64,000 nt of DNA from Trueperaceae bacterium. Lineage in GTDB: Bacteria; Deinococcota; Deinococci; Deinococcales; Trueperaceae. The translations under genes and the position numbers were made by a program. A model generated the notes under the pieces. The model was not told where the DNA came from. It searched no databases and saw only the letters and a list, made by a program, of their open reading frames with translations. The stretch lies in the NCBI GenBank assembly GCA_965213705.1, contig OZ243913.1, positions 960,001 through 1,024,000 of the forward strand, read 5' to 3'. Every line of letters begins with the position of its first letter. Within the stretch, counting starts at the first letter, position 1. This document shows positions 30,992 through 41,023 of the stretch, piece by piece.

Positions 30992-32506
30992 TCACTGCGC
31001 CCGGTAGACCTCGGTCATGTCGACGGCGGGCGTGGGCTGGTCGGTCCAGAAGCCGTACACGTCGCTCCGCGCCGCGATCAGGTAGGGCGGGCTGAACACC
31101 CACACGTTGACCGCGTCGTCGGCGATTGTTTTGGCAATTTCCCGGTACAGCTCAGTCTGCTGCGCTTCGTCGGGTGTCGCCTCGATTTCGCCTAAAAGCG
31201 TGCCTATTTCCGGGTTGTCGTAGTGGTAGTAGTAATCCGGGTTGCCGTACACGTTGATGTCGCGCGGCTCGGAGTGGCCGATGATGGTCATGTCGTAGTC
31301 GCCGCCCAGGAAAATCCGCTGCACCCACGTTCCCCACTCGACCACGCTGAGGTCGGTTTCGATGCCTATTTGCGCGAGCTGTTGCGCGATGACCTCGCCG
31401 GTCCGCCGCTCGATGTTGTAGGGCTCGGGCAGTTCGAACTTGATTTCGAAACCGTCCGGGTAACCCGCTTCGGCTAAAAGTTCTTTCGCCTTTTCGGGGT
31501 CATAGGGATAAGGATTGAGGTCGACGTAGTAACCTTCCACCGGGCTCATGTGCGTGCCGATAACCGTGCCGAGCCCGAAAAAAGCCCCGTCGACGATTTG
31601 CTGCTTGTCGATGGCGTAGGTGATGGCCTGCCGCACCAGCGGGTTATCCAGCGGCGGCCGCGTGTTGTTGAGCGCTAAAGTGATTTCGGTCGTCGCGCTG
31701 CCCTCGGTGCCCTTGAGACTGGGGTTGCCCTCAAGCTGCATAAACTGTTCGGGCGGCAACGCCACGCCTATCAGGTCGATGTCGCCGGACTGCAACGCGG
31801 CAAAGCGGGTGTTGGGGTCGGGGATGATTTCAAACGTCACAGCGTCCAGGTAAGGGACACCCTCGAGATAATAATCCGCAAACTTCTCCAGCCGCACCTC
31901 GCTCCCCTCGACGTAGTCCACGAACCGAAACGGCCCGGTGCCGACGGGCTGGCTGCGCTGCGTCTCTGCCTGGGCGGCGGGGTAGATGATGGAGTCGGGG
32001 CGGGCCAGGTCGTAAAGCAGAGTCCAGTCTGGTCGTGACAACTGAAAGGTGATGGTGTTGTCTTCGCCTGCGGTGACGCTCTCGATCGCCTCGTAATACT
32101 CGGAGTGGGTGTGGCCCGAGTCTGGGTCTTTAGCTCTTTCAAAGGCGGCAACGACGTCGTCCAGGGTCAAGTCGCTGCCATCGTGAAATTTGACCCCTTC
32201 GCGAATCTTGAAGGTGTAGGTCAAGCCGTCTTCAGAAATTTCCCACGACTCAGCTAGAGCGGGAACGATGGCCCCAGTTTGGTCGAACCTGACCAGGCCT
32301 TCAAACACGTTGTGGTAGGTCACGCGAGCGATTTCCTGCGAGGTCGAGACCGTCGGGTCCCAGCCCGGTGGGTCGGCGGTGATGGCGACGGCCATTTCGC
32401 CGCCGTAGACCGGTGCTGGGTCTTGAGTTGCGGTGTCTTGGGCCACGCCGAAACCGAGGCCGAGCGCGACGAGCGTAAAAACAGAAAAGAGCAAACCGCG
32501 TTTCAT
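30992..32506 (-). CDS. Peptide ABC transporter substrate-binding protein (family 5)
   Basis: Signal peptide, LAESW, FHDG, GTGPF, VRQAI, YDPEKA. Confidence 0.93.
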   Translation of the reverse strand: MKRGLLFSVFTLVALGLGFGVAQDTATQDPAPVYGGEMAVAITADPPGWDPTVSTSQEIARVTYHNVFEGLVRFDQTGAIVPALAESWEISEDGLTYTFKIREGVKFHDGSDLTLDDVVAAFERAKDPDSGHTHSEYYEAIESVTAGEDNTITFQLSRPDWTLLYDLARPDSIIYPAAQAETQRSQPVGTGPFRFVDYVEGSEVRLEKFADYYLEGVPYLDAVTFEIIPDPNTRFAALQSGDIDLIGVALPPEQFMQLEGNPSLKGTEGSATTEITLALNNTRPPLDNPLVRQAITYAIDKQQIVDGAFFGLGTVIGTHMSPVEGYYVDLNPYPYDPEKAKELLAEAGYPDGFEIKFELPEPYNIERRTGEVIAQQLAQIGIETDLSVVEWGTWVQRIFLGGDYDMTIIGHSEPRDINVYGNPDYYYHYDNPEIGTLLGEIEATPDEAQQTELYREIAKTIADDAVNVWVFSPPYLIAARSDVYGFWTDQPTPAVDMTEVYRAQ

Positions 32507-32561
32507 ACGTTCCTCCTTTGTTGCCTTGTCTTAGCTTAGCGTGCTGAACCCTACCACACCT

Positions 32562-33812
32562 TCACGCGTCGTTGATGTCGTCACTCAAGTAAAAAACGAT
32601 GGCAGCGGCGTAGAGCTTGGCGGCGTCCAACAAGTCTTCGACGCGCACGAACTCGTCGCGCCGGTGCGGGATGGTGCGGTCGCCGGGGCCGACGGTGACG
32701 ATGGGCACACCTGCCCAAGCGCTCAAAAAGGTGCCGTCGGTCGCGCCGGGGACGCCGCCGTAGCGGGGCGGGCGCTCGAGCGCCAGTTCGTAACTCTTTT
32801 CCAGAGCCGTAACGAGTGGGTCATCATCGGACGTTTGTGTCCAGGGTCGGGACTCGAAACAGTCCACCTCGATCCTCAAGTTGGGGGTGTTTGTTTCCAA
32901 GTCTCGAGCAAAGCCCTCAAGTTCAGCCAGCAACACCTCGTGCTCCTGCCCCGGCACGGTGCGGACGTCGAGCGCGAGGTACGCCGTTTCCGGCATCACG
33001 TTGTGCTGCGCCTCGCCGACAGCGGGCGCGCGCACAATCGTCGGCGTGAACCAGGGCAAATCGAGGTGTTCGTGCTCGCCCAAGCGCCGCTGTTCGGCGG
33101 CCTCGAGCCCTTTCACCCGCTCGACAAAGCTGCTCAACGCTGCCACCGGATTCACCCCTGCGTAAGGCATCGCACCGTGCGCCATCACGCCGGTAAAGGT
33201 GACGGACACGCGCATGGCTCCTTTTTGGAACAGGCAAAGTTCGTTCTCTTCAGGTTCACAAATGATAGCGCCGTCGACTGCGTCGGCCCAGCCCTGCCGG
33301 ATGAAGTGTTTGATGCCGAGCATCATCCCCTCTTCGTCCGCGACGATGCCGAAGCGAACCCGCCCCGGCAACTCGGGCGCGACCTGCTGAACCGCCCGCA
33401 CGGCGGCCAGTGCGGCGGCAATCCCGCCTTTCATGTCGGCGCTGCCCCGGCCGTAGATTTTGCCGTCCACGAGTTTGCCGCCGAACGGTTTGTAGGTCCA
33501 ACGTGCCGCGTCGCCCTCGGTGACGACGTCGGTGTGGCCCTCGAGCATCAATGTTTTATGTTGCGCTGGGTCGAAGCGGGTGCCCTGCCAGTCCGCGACG
33601 ACGTTCGGCCGGCCGGGGGCGGCTTCTTCGAGGGTGGGCTCGAGGCCCAGTTCGCGCAACGCTGATGCGATAAAGTGTGCGGCTTCGGCTTCGGTGTTGC
33701 CCTTGGCCGGTTCGTAGACGCTCCGCACCCGCACGAAATCTTGCGCAAGCGTGACGAGGTAGCCCTCATTGACCGCTGCAACCGCCCGCTGTGCCAGCGC
33801 TTTTGTCGTCAT
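32562..33812 (-). CDS. M20 metallopeptidase/deacylase (ArgE/DapE-like)
   Basis: GHTDVV, GRGSADMKGG, DEE, EP, GATD, H..DE. Confidence 0.9.
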   Translation of the reverse strand: MTTKALAQRAVAAVNEGYLVTLAQDFVRVRSVYEPAKGNTEAEAAHFIASALRELGLEPTLEEAAPGRPNVVADWQGTRFDPAQHKTLMLEGHTDVVTEGDAARWTYKPFGGKLVDGKIYGRGSADMKGGIAAALAAVRAVQQVAPELPGRVRFGIVADEEGMMLGIKHFIRQGWADAVDGAIICEPEENELCLFQKGAMRVSVTFTGVMAHGAMPYAGVNPVAALSSFVERVKGLEAAEQRRLGEHEHLDLPWFTPTIVRAPAVGEAQHNVMPETAYLALDVRTVPGQEHEVLLAELEGFARDLETNTPNLRIEVDCFESRPWTQTSDDDPLVTALEKSYELALERPPRYGGVPGATDGTFLSAWAGVPIVTVGPGDRTIPHRRDEFVRVEDLLDAAKLYAAAIVFYLSDDINDA

Positions 33813-33832
33813 AATTCAGTCGTCGTCACGGC

Positions 33833-34165
33833 TTAACGATCATCCCCGTCCCCGTGGAGCGCGCCGCGCCGCTGCCGGGAAAAGAGTTTTTCCAAGTTGG
33901 CGCTCGCGACCTCTTCCAGAGTCAAATCGAGTTCGGTGCAAAGTTGCGTGAGGTACCACAGCACGTCGCCGAGTTCGCTCTTGAGCGCCTGCCGGTCGTC
34001 TTCGGAGATAGCGCCTCCTTTGTCCCGAAAAAGTTTCTTGACCTTGCCCGCGAACTCGCCCGCCTCGTTGACCAGGCCGAGCGTGGGGTAGACAATCGGG
34101 TGGTCGGTATAGACGCGCCCTGCGGTTTTGCGGGACTCTGTTTGGTAAGTAGTGAAGTCGGTCAT
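33833..34165 (-). CDS. MazG-like nucleoside triphosphate pyrophosphohydrolase
   Basis: LGLVNEAGE, KK..RD, ELGDVLWY, NLEKL..R. Confidence 0.9.
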   Translation of the reverse strand: MTDFTTYQTESRKTAGRVYTDHPIVYPTLGLVNEAGEFAGKVKKLFRDKGGAISEDDRQALKSELGDVLWYLTQLCTELDLTLEEVASANLEKLFSRQRRGALHGDGDDR

Positions 34166-34230
34166 GGGGCTCCTAGCAAGGAATTATGTCCCGGTAAAAG
34201 GCTTGGGGTAAAAGCGTTCTGAGCTTGCCT

Positions 34231-34428
34231 CTACCACGCTTCGTGACCGGTGGAAGCTCCCGTATCTATTTCCGCGCGGGTCTTTTCCTCAGCAACACCC
34301 TCGAGTAGTTGCTCGAGCGAATCCTTGAAACGCTGCCCGTCTTTTTCGGCCAGCCAGTTACGAAGCTGTATGAAGTCTTCTGCCGACAAAGCCTCGATTT
34401 CAGATTTGATGTGGTCAACTTGTGCCAT
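34231..34428 (-). pseudogene. Chimeric antitoxin remnant (small helical N-part plus MazE-like C-tail)
   Basis: TATAAT 6 nt before ATG; tail SLEQLLEGV...EIDTG...GHEAW resembles the MazE C-terminus. Confidence 0.5.
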
Positions 34429-34599
34429 GTTGCGATTATAGGGTTTCAAAGCTATCTGGCTGCAAACAGCGTCAAAGGCTTCATCACGCCTGTCATAATA
34501 AATTTATTTGAGGCCTCACCGAAAACGCTAGGGTGTGTTGGTTGATGGAGCGACGAGGTCAGAAATAGCTGTGTTACAATCTAGCCTGACTAGATTGAG

Positions 34600-34848
34600 G
34601 TGAAGATGACCTGGCCTGTTCAAGATGCAAAACAAAAGTTCAGCGAGTTTGTGCGCAAGGCGATTCAAGAGGGTCCACAAACCGTGAGCCGCCACGGCGA
34701 GGAAGTCGCCGTGCTGGTGTCGGTGGAAACCTACCGGAAGCTGAGCGGCAGCGGCAAGGATTTCAAGACGTTTTTGCTTCACGGTCCCGACCTGAGTGAG
34801 CTTGACCTCGAGCGCTCCCCGGAGCTTGCGCGCACCGTCGAATTATGA
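34600..34848 (+). CDS. Phd/YefM antitoxin
   Basis: WPVQDAKQKFSE, GPQTVSRHG..VAVL. Confidence 0.9.
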   Translation: MKMTWPVQDAKQKFSEFVRKAIQEGPQTVSRHGEEVAVLVSVETYRKLSGSGKDFKTFLLHGPDLSELDLERSPELARTVEL

Positions 34849-35264
34849 GCTACCTACTCGACACCAATGTTCTTTCGGAACTGCGCAAATCCAAAGGGGA
34901 TACCAGGGTCAAAACCTGGTTCGAAAAGGTAGAGGGCAACGACCTGTTCCTCAGTGTGTTGGTCGTCGGCGAAATCCGTCAAGGGATTGAGCGTTTGAAG
35001 CCGCGCGACCCCGAGCAGGCACAAGTTTACGAACTTTGGCTCACGACCCTGAAGCGCGATTACCGAGAGCGCGTCTTAACAGTCGGCCGTGACATAGCTG
35101 AAACCTGGGGTCGACTCAACGCCGTCCAAGCTTTACCAGTTATTGATGGGTTGTTGGCAGCTACGGCCCTGGTGCATGACCTCACCTTAGTAACGCGCAA
35201 CGTGACCGATGTGGCGCGAACAGGTGTGAGCCTGCTCAATCCTTTTGGGTCGGGGGTTGAGTGA
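34845..35264 (+). CDS. vapC: VapC PIN-domain toxin
   Basis: LLDTNVLSE, GEI, DGLLAATA, VTRN..D; ATGA overlap. Confidence 0.93.
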   Translation: MSYLLDTNVLSELRKSKGDTRVKTWFEKVEGNDLFLSVLVVGEIRQGIERLKPRDPEQAQVYELWLTTLKRDYRERVLTVGRDIAETWGRLNAVQALPVIDGLLAATALVHDLTLVTRNVTDVARTGVSLLNPFGSGVE

Positions 35265-35464
35265 AAGCGGGTTCTATAGTCCCATTGTGTCAGGGTCGCT
35301 ATAACCACTCTTACGTTGTAACTGGAGGTAATACCACAGCGCGTTGCACAGCCGTTGGTTAGAACTCGAATTTTATTTTGATGTAGTCAACTCGTGCCAT
35401 GTTGCGATTGTGGGTGAGTTGAAAGAAATCTTGTGAACTTCAAAATCTATGATTTTTACCGCCT

Positions 35465-35881
35465 TTACGCTAATAAGTCGCCACGGTCTACATAAGCAAA
35501 TACTTCAACCTCAGCATCTTCATTGCCAATGCCCACAATAAATTTTTTATCGGGGAACCTGCTGGTTAATTGCATCCGCCACATATCGGCAAGGGTCTTA
35601 GCGATAGAACGAACAACGTCCTGAGGGATTTCGTCATGGTCAGGGTCATTGGAGCAAAAATCGTGTAAATGCACGTGATTGTAAAGATATTCAATACTAG
35701 CTAGTGGTCTGTCCTCTCTTTTCGTTCGGTTGATAACATCGTCTAAGTTGTCAGGAACACTCACTGCTCGAAGAATCAAACCTTTCACCTCTATAAATTC
35801 GGGATGGAATAGCTCGAGGTACAAGACCATCTGGTCAAAGCTTGCATAAATGCTCTCGTACAACGTGAGAGATTCTTCCAT
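35465..35881 (-). CDS. Low-GC hypothetical protein (immunity-protein-like)
   Basis: Acidic 138 aa with FHPEF, YNHVHL.D, W...L...FP; atypical composition. Confidence 0.55.
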   Translation of the reverse strand: MEESLTLYESIYASFDQMVLYLELFHPEFIEVKGLILRAVSVPDNLDDVINRTKREDRPLASIEYLYNHVHLHDFCSNDPDHDEIPQDVVRSIAKTLADMWRMQLTSRFPDKKFIVGIGNEDAEVEVFAYVDRGDLLA

Positions 35882-35984
35882 AGACCGTGTGGCGGTGCTT
35901 TGAGCAACATACCACCGCTGAAACACGGGTAGTTTCTCGAGAAGTTTTAGCTTTCCTATACTTATCAAGTAACACCTCTTCCTC

Positions 35985-36767
35985 TCACAGCGGCGGCGTA
36001 AACCGCCCATCCACCGCCGTCCAACCACCGTCCACAAACAGCAGCGAGCCGGTCACGAACGAGGCGGCGTCGCTCGACAAGTAGACGACCGCGCCGACCA
36101 TCTCGCTCGGTTGCGCCCAGCGGCCCAGGGCACCTTTGTTCGCGTAGGCGTCGTACCATTCCTGGTTCGCCTTAATTTGCTCGGTCAGCGGCGTTTCGAC
36201 CACGCCGGGGGCTATGGCGTTAACGCGCACCTTTTGGGGTCCGAGTTCGGCGGCGAGGGCGCGGACCATTTGCAGCGTACCCGCCTTCGTCGCGGCGTAG
36301 ACACCCTGGCCGGGCTCAACGGTTTGTGAACGGATGCTCGAGAACAGCACGATGCTCCCGCCGCCCTGCGCCGCCATGATTCGCCCCGCCGCCTGCATCG
36401 CCAAAAAGTTGCCCTTGAGGTTCAGCGTCACAACCTTGTCGAACTCTGCCAAAGTGGTGTCCAGCAGTTTCTTACGCACGTTGACCGAGGGTGTGCAAAC
36501 CAATATGTCGAGCGCGCCGTCAATCTCACCAAAAGCTGTTTTGACGCTGCTTTCGTCGGTGAGGTCGATTGCTAAGGCTCGAGCCTGCCCACCCTCAGCC
36601 TCTATCTTTTGGACGGTTTCCTCGGCGGACTCAGGTTGCAAGTCAGCGCACACCACCTCGGCCCCGAAAGCGGCAAGTCCTTCGGCCGCCGCCGCGCCGA
36701 TGCCCGAGCCCGCGCCGACGACGAGGGCTCGTTTGCCGGTCAAGTCGAACAGGTTCGCATAGGTCAC
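35985..36767 (-). CDS. Classical SDR oxidoreductase
   Basis: GAGSGIG, YAATK, VNAIAPG, VDGG. Confidence 0.93.
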   Translation of the reverse strand: MTYANLFDLTGKRALVVGAGSGIGAAAAEGLAAFGAEVVCADLQPESAEETVQKIEAEGGQARALAIDLTDESSVKTAFGEIDGALDILVCTPSVNVRKKLLDTTLAEFDKVVTLNLKGNFLAMQAAGRIMAAQGGGSIVLFSSIRSQTVEPGQGVYAATKAGTLQMVRALAAELGPQKVRVNAIAPGVVETPLTEQIKANQEWYDAYANKGALGRWAQPSEMVGAVVYLSSDAASFVTGSLLFVDGGWTAVDGRFTPPL

Positions 36768-38587
36768 GCGAACGTCTCTACGAGGGCTTCAAACTGCTGC
36801 GCCCGCTCCCGCGCGACGCTCAAACTCCCGCGCCAAAAGTCCACGCTTTCGATGTCGATGCCGAAGCGTCGCGCCAAAGTCGCGGCGTCGGCGAGACCGG
36901 TGCTCGAGAGCAGTGCGTCGTACCTCTCTCTAAACCCGTCCGGCTCAGCCTCATACACCTTGTACAGCCCGAGGCCGAACAGGTAGCCGAAGGTGTACGG
37001 GTAGTTGTAGAAGCTGCGCGCGTTGCTGTAGTAGTGTCCCTTGTGCGCCCACATGAGACTGTGCCGCTCACCTTCGTTCAAACCTTCGCCGTAGGTGCTC
37101 GCTTGAGCGTCCAGCATGATGCTTTTAAGTTCATCGATGGAAAGTTCGCGTTCGCGCCGTTTTTCGAACACGGTCTGCTCGAGGATGAAGCGCGAATGGA
37201 TGTCCACGACGAGGCCGGTCGCGCCGAGCAAGTCTTGGCCCAGGATGCTCAAGCGTTCCTCGTCGCTCGCTTCGGCCAACATCGCATTGACGACGATGGT
37301 TTCACAAAAGATGCTGGCGGTCTCGGCCAGGGTCATCGGCGTGTTGCGTTGCAAAGCGCTGCGCCCGGCGCGGTACATCTGCTCGTTGTGGTAGGCGTGC
37401 CCGAGTTCGTGGGCTATCGTAAACACGTCGTCCAGCGTCCCGCCGAAGTTCAGCAGCACCCGCGACTCTTCGCGCCCCGGTACGCCCATGCAAAACGCGC
37501 CGCCGCGCTTGCCTTTACGCGGTGGCACGTCGCACCAGTTCTCGGCGAAGGCTCGCTCGGCGAAGACGGCCAAGTCTTCCGAATACTTTTTGAACGTATC
37601 CACGACAAAAGTTTTCGCTTCATCCCAGCTGAAGGCTCGAGTCTCGCCCACACCGACCGGCGCGCTCAGGTCGTACCAGGCGAGCGCGTCTTTGCCCAAA
37701 AACTTCGCCTTGGCTTTGAGGTAACGCCGGAAGTCGGGGAAAGCTTCGCGGCAGGCCGTCTGCATCGCCTCCAGACTCGCTAAGGTGATGTTGTTGTCGA
37801 ACACCGCCGCCGCCAGCGGCGAGTCCCAGCCGCGCGCCGCGCTCAACTCGCCGACCTCGCCCTTGACGCTGTTGAGCGCCGCGGCGTAGCTCACTTCGTT
37901 TTGGGTCAAAAGTTCTATTTCCGCTTCGTAGGCTGCCTTGCGCACCGCCGGGTCGGCGTCGTGCTGCAAGTTGACGAGTTCGGACAAGGTGTAGGCTTTT
38001 TCCTCGCGGCCGGGCAGTGTGGCGATAACGCTCGAGCGGCTCGTCAACTCGCCGTGCAGCTTGCCCCAGGCCCCGCCGCCGGTCGCGCCTAAAACGCTCA
38101 CCACCACCTCGGTTTTGTCATCCAACAGGTGTGTGGCGTCGATGGCGGCGCGCTCGAGCAAGTAAGAAAGGTTTGCAGCTTTTTCCGATTGTGCTTTAAG
38201 CGCTTCAGCGTCCAAACTCCCGAGCCAGGCGGTCAAGCGCTTGCTCAGCGTGCTGAGGGTGCTGAACTGCGGCTGCAAGCTCGACAGCTCGCCCTGCGCC
38301 GCGTCGTCGAAGGCGTTCGTGCTGGTAAACCCGGCGAGATAAGCGCGCAGGTCGCTCAGGTTCGTCACGAGGGCGTTGAACCGCTCGACCAGCGCCTCGA
38401 ACGTCGTCACGGTTTCCGTCGAAACCTCCGCCGCGGTTTGTGTCCCGATTTTATGCTCGTCCATAAAGGTCTCGAGCGCCTTCAAGTCGTCTTTGGCTCG
38501 AGCCTTGGCCTCTTCATAGTCTGCCGAATCCAAACTTGGAAAGATGCTCGAGAGTTGCCAGTGGGGTAGGTCGAGGGTGGTGTCCAT
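36764..38587 (-). CDS. pepF: Oligoendopeptidase F (M3B)
   Basis: KRGGAFC, HELGHAYH, AETAS.F.E, FYNYPY.FG. Confidence 0.92.
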   Translation of the reverse strand: MDTTLDLPHWQLSSIFPSLDSADYEEAKARAKDDLKALETFMDEHKIGTQTAAEVSTETVTTFEALVERFNALVTNLSDLRAYLAGFTSTNAFDDAAQGELSSLQPQFSTLSTLSKRLTAWLGSLDAEALKAQSEKAANLSYLLERAAIDATHLLDDKTEVVVSVLGATGGGAWGKLHGELTSRSSVIATLPGREEKAYTLSELVNLQHDADPAVRKAAYEAEIELLTQNEVSYAAALNSVKGEVGELSAARGWDSPLAAAVFDNNITLASLEAMQTACREAFPDFRRYLKAKAKFLGKDALAWYDLSAPVGVGETRAFSWDEAKTFVVDTFKKYSEDLAVFAERAFAENWCDVPPRKGKRGGAFCMGVPGREESRVLLNFGGTLDDVFTIAHELGHAYHNEQMYRAGRSALQRNTPMTLAETASIFCETIVVNAMLAEASDEERLSILGQDLLGATGLVVDIHSRFILEQTVFEKRRERELSIDELKSIMLDAQASTYGEGLNEGERHSLMWAHKGHYYSNARSFYNYPYTFGYLFGLGLYKVYEAEPDGFRERYDALLSSTGLADAATLARRFGIDIESVDFWRGSLSVARERAQQFEALVETFA

Positions 38588-38688
38588 AGATGTCTCCTGT
38601 CTCGAGGCCAGTGTACCAAGACGCAGATGGGAGACGGAAAAATACTTCGGTTCCGCGGTGGTAAATAAGGGCTCGAGCCGGTGCTATC

Positions 38689-39033
38689 ATGACTGACGTG
38701 CCTGACTATTCGCTCGACCGGGTGGGTGTTCTCTTGTCCTTGCAGAGAGCGCTGGTCGGTCAAGTGCCTCCGACCCTCCGGGGTGTGCTGGTCGCATTGA
38801 CGGTCGATGTTGAAGCTCGGATGATTTGTTATTTTGACGGCGTTATTGCAGAGGATGACGAAGAGGACGTGCAGTGCGCTTATACAGAAGTGCTCGCGGA
38901 CTTTCCAGACTACGACATCCATTTGGAAATTCACCGACTCGATACCCCCATTCCTTTGCCGAAAATACCAGAAGGTGCAGGGCACTGGGTTTATATGAGA
39001 AGTGGCGAGTTTCAACTTCATCGGTCGAAGTAA
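38689..39033 (+). CDS. Putative polymorphic-toxin immunity protein
   Basis: LLSLQRALVG...LRGV, YFDG.I.EDD.E, TEVLADF pattern; low GC. Confidence 0.6.
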   Translation: MTDVPDYSLDRVGVLLSLQRALVGQVPPTLRGVLVALTVDVEARMICYFDGVIAEDDEEDVQCAYTEVLADFPDYDIHLEIHRLDTPIPLPKIPEGAGHWVYMRSGEFQLHRSK

Positions 39034-39369
39034 ATGAGTAGAGAACCGATGGACTACTTCATCCTAGACTCACTGGCGGATGACTTAGAGGACATCGAGC
39101 ATATTTTGAATATACTAAACAGCCCAAGCGAAATCGGTTGGCGCGATCAGCACCCTGAGCCGTTCACTCACAACGAAATCATCCCAAGCCTGCTTCGTGG
39201 TATTACGGAAGAAAACATAGAAGCAACTGTTTACTCGGAAAAGGAGCGGGCGCTCGTTGATGCAGGAAAGGGTGTTGTGCCAGACATACCCATAGACGAA
39301 GTTTGGTTTCGTCTCACAAAAAGAGGAAGGAATGTGCTGAATGCCTGGGAACCTCCTCCACTCCCATAA
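39034..39369 (+). CDS. Low-GC hypothetical protein
   Basis: Abuts previous stop; acidic; C-terminal WFRLTKRG (winged-helix-like ending). Confidence 0.6.
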   Translation: MSREPMDYFILDSLADDLEDIEHILNILNSPSEIGWRDQHPEPFTHNEIIPSLLRGITEENIEATVYSEKERALVDAGKGVVPDIPIDEVWFRLTKRGRNVLNAWEPPPLP

Positions 39370-39412
39370 CGAATTGACTCATTTTCAGGCCTCGACATTT
39401 TGTGAGGGAGCC

Positions 39413-39925
39413 GTGCAAAGCGTAAGCATTGAGCAACTGATTGAGGAAATAAAAAACCTGCCTTCTAAGCCTAAAGGTGTGGCTTTACAGCTTCAATCCA
39501 CAGTTGCAACGGCTATACCGTGGGACAAGAGCTATCTCGAGGACACGTTGCAGTGCTCAATTCCTGATGAACTTGTTCGGCTTTGGCAAGTAAGCTCGAG
39601 CCTGCGAATTTTTGTAGACCTCGGCGAGTACGGTCAGGTCGGTCTCGTAACCTATCCGCCCGACCAAACGATCGTTGAACGCAACCACTATTTCAAATCG
39701 CTCTACAAAGAAGATTTCCGGCCAGGCGACCTTATTTTGGGCGAATTTTTCTACGAATCCGATTTGCTCGTCATCAGGTGTGACCCCGACGACGAAAATT
39801 ATGGACATATTTTGATGGCCTTACCCATCGACTCACGTGAAGACTGGCCCCTTGTAGGAAGCTCGCTGGCAAGCTTCTTGCGGCATTACCTCGACGAATG
39901 CGGCAGAGAGTTTTGGCCTAGATGA
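39413..39925 (+). CDS. SMI1/KNR4 (SUKH) family immunity-like protein
   Basis: GGGAG RBS; LE..LQCSIPDELV.LW, GDLILG, SSLASFL. Confidence 0.7.
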   Translation: MQSVSIEQLIEEIKNLPSKPKGVALQLQSTVATAIPWDKSYLEDTLQCSIPDELVRLWQVSSSLRIFVDLGEYGQVGLVTYPPDQTIVERNHYFKSLYKEDFRPGDLILGEFFYESDLLVIRCDPDDENYGHILMALPIDSREDWPLVGSSLASFLRHYLDECGREFWPR

Positions 39926-39962
39926 CCGAGACGACGCTGGCCTGTTGACCCGAAGTTACCTC

Positions 39963-40901
39963 TTACAACTCCTCCGCCCCCGCCGGCGGCCAACTCCCCC
40001 CGAGTTTCAGCCACGCCTCGACCATGTCGGTCGGCACCTGCGCGGTAAAGGTGATGGCCTGGTTGTCGCGCGGGTGGGGCAGGGTGAGGCGGTAGGCGTG
40101 GAGGGCTTGCCGGGCAATCGCTTCGGAAGAGCGCCCGTAGGTTTCGTCGCCCAAAACGCTCGCGCCTAAGTGCGCCAGGTGAACCCGAATCTGGTGCGTG
40201 CGCCCGCTGTGCGGCTTGGCCTTGACGAGCACATAGCCCGGAATCCGCGCCAGCACCCGAAAGTAGGTGTTGGCGCTGCGCGGTTGCGTGCCGCCGATGG
40301 TCATCTTCTGCCGGTTGACCGGGTGCCGCCCGATGGACGCGTCGAGTTGCACGTCGTCGTCTATATCGCCGACGGCGATGGCGACGTACTCTTTTTCGGT
40401 GAGCCGCTTTTTGAACGAGGCGGACAAATGGCGGTGCGCGGTATCGTTTTTGGCAATCACCATCACGCCGGAGGTGTCTTTGTCCAGGCGGTGGACGATG
40501 CCGGGGCGGTAGTCGTCCTCTTTGGGGTCGAAGTGGCTGTCTTTGGACAGCTCGAGCCGCCCCAACAGCGCGTTCACGACCGTGCCGCTGCGGACCGTCG
40601 CGGTCGGGTGGGCGATTAAGTTGGGCGGTTTGTTGATGGCCGCCAGGTCCTGGTCCTGGTAAATGATGTCTAAGGGGATGTCCTCGGCCTCGACCATGCT
40701 AGGGCGGGGCGGGGGTACCATCACGGTGACGGTTTCGCTGCCCTTGAGTTTAAGAGACGGCTTGCCGACGGGTCGCCCGTCGATTTGGACAAAGCCCTCG
40801 TCGACGAGTTCTTTGGCTTGAGTCCTCGAGAGGTCGAGGGCTTGTGCCATTGCCACGTCGAGGCGTTCCCCGGCGGGCGCGTCGAAACTTCTAAAATCCA
40901 C
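39963..40901 (-). CDS. rluD: 23S rRNA pseudouridine synthase RluD
   Basis: S4 domain RLD, NKP, GIVHRLDKDTSG, GRTHQIRVH, RQALHA; GTG 7 nt after TACACT. Confidence 0.93.
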   Translation of the reverse strand: MDFRSFDAPAGERLDVAMAQALDLSRTQAKELVDEGFVQIDGRPVGKPSLKLKGSETVTVMVPPPRPSMVEAEDIPLDIIYQDQDLAAINKPPNLIAHPTATVRSGTVVNALLGRLELSKDSHFDPKEDDYRPGIVHRLDKDTSGVMVIAKNDTAHRHLSASFKKRLTEKEYVAIAVGDIDDDVQLDASIGRHPVNRQKMTIGGTQPRSANTYFRVLARIPGYVLVKAKPHSGRTHQIRVHLAHLGASVLGDETYGRSSEAIARQALHAYRLTLPHPRDNQAITFTAQVPTDMVEAWLKLGGSWPPAGAEEL

Positions 40902-41023
40902 GGGTTTAAGTGTACCGCCTCGGCCTGGATGCGGGCGTTTTCGGGAGGGGCGTCCGGCCACGAGAACGGTTGTGTACAGGATGGGGGACGTTTTCGTTCT
41001 GAGGCGCGCTTTTCAGCTAAACC

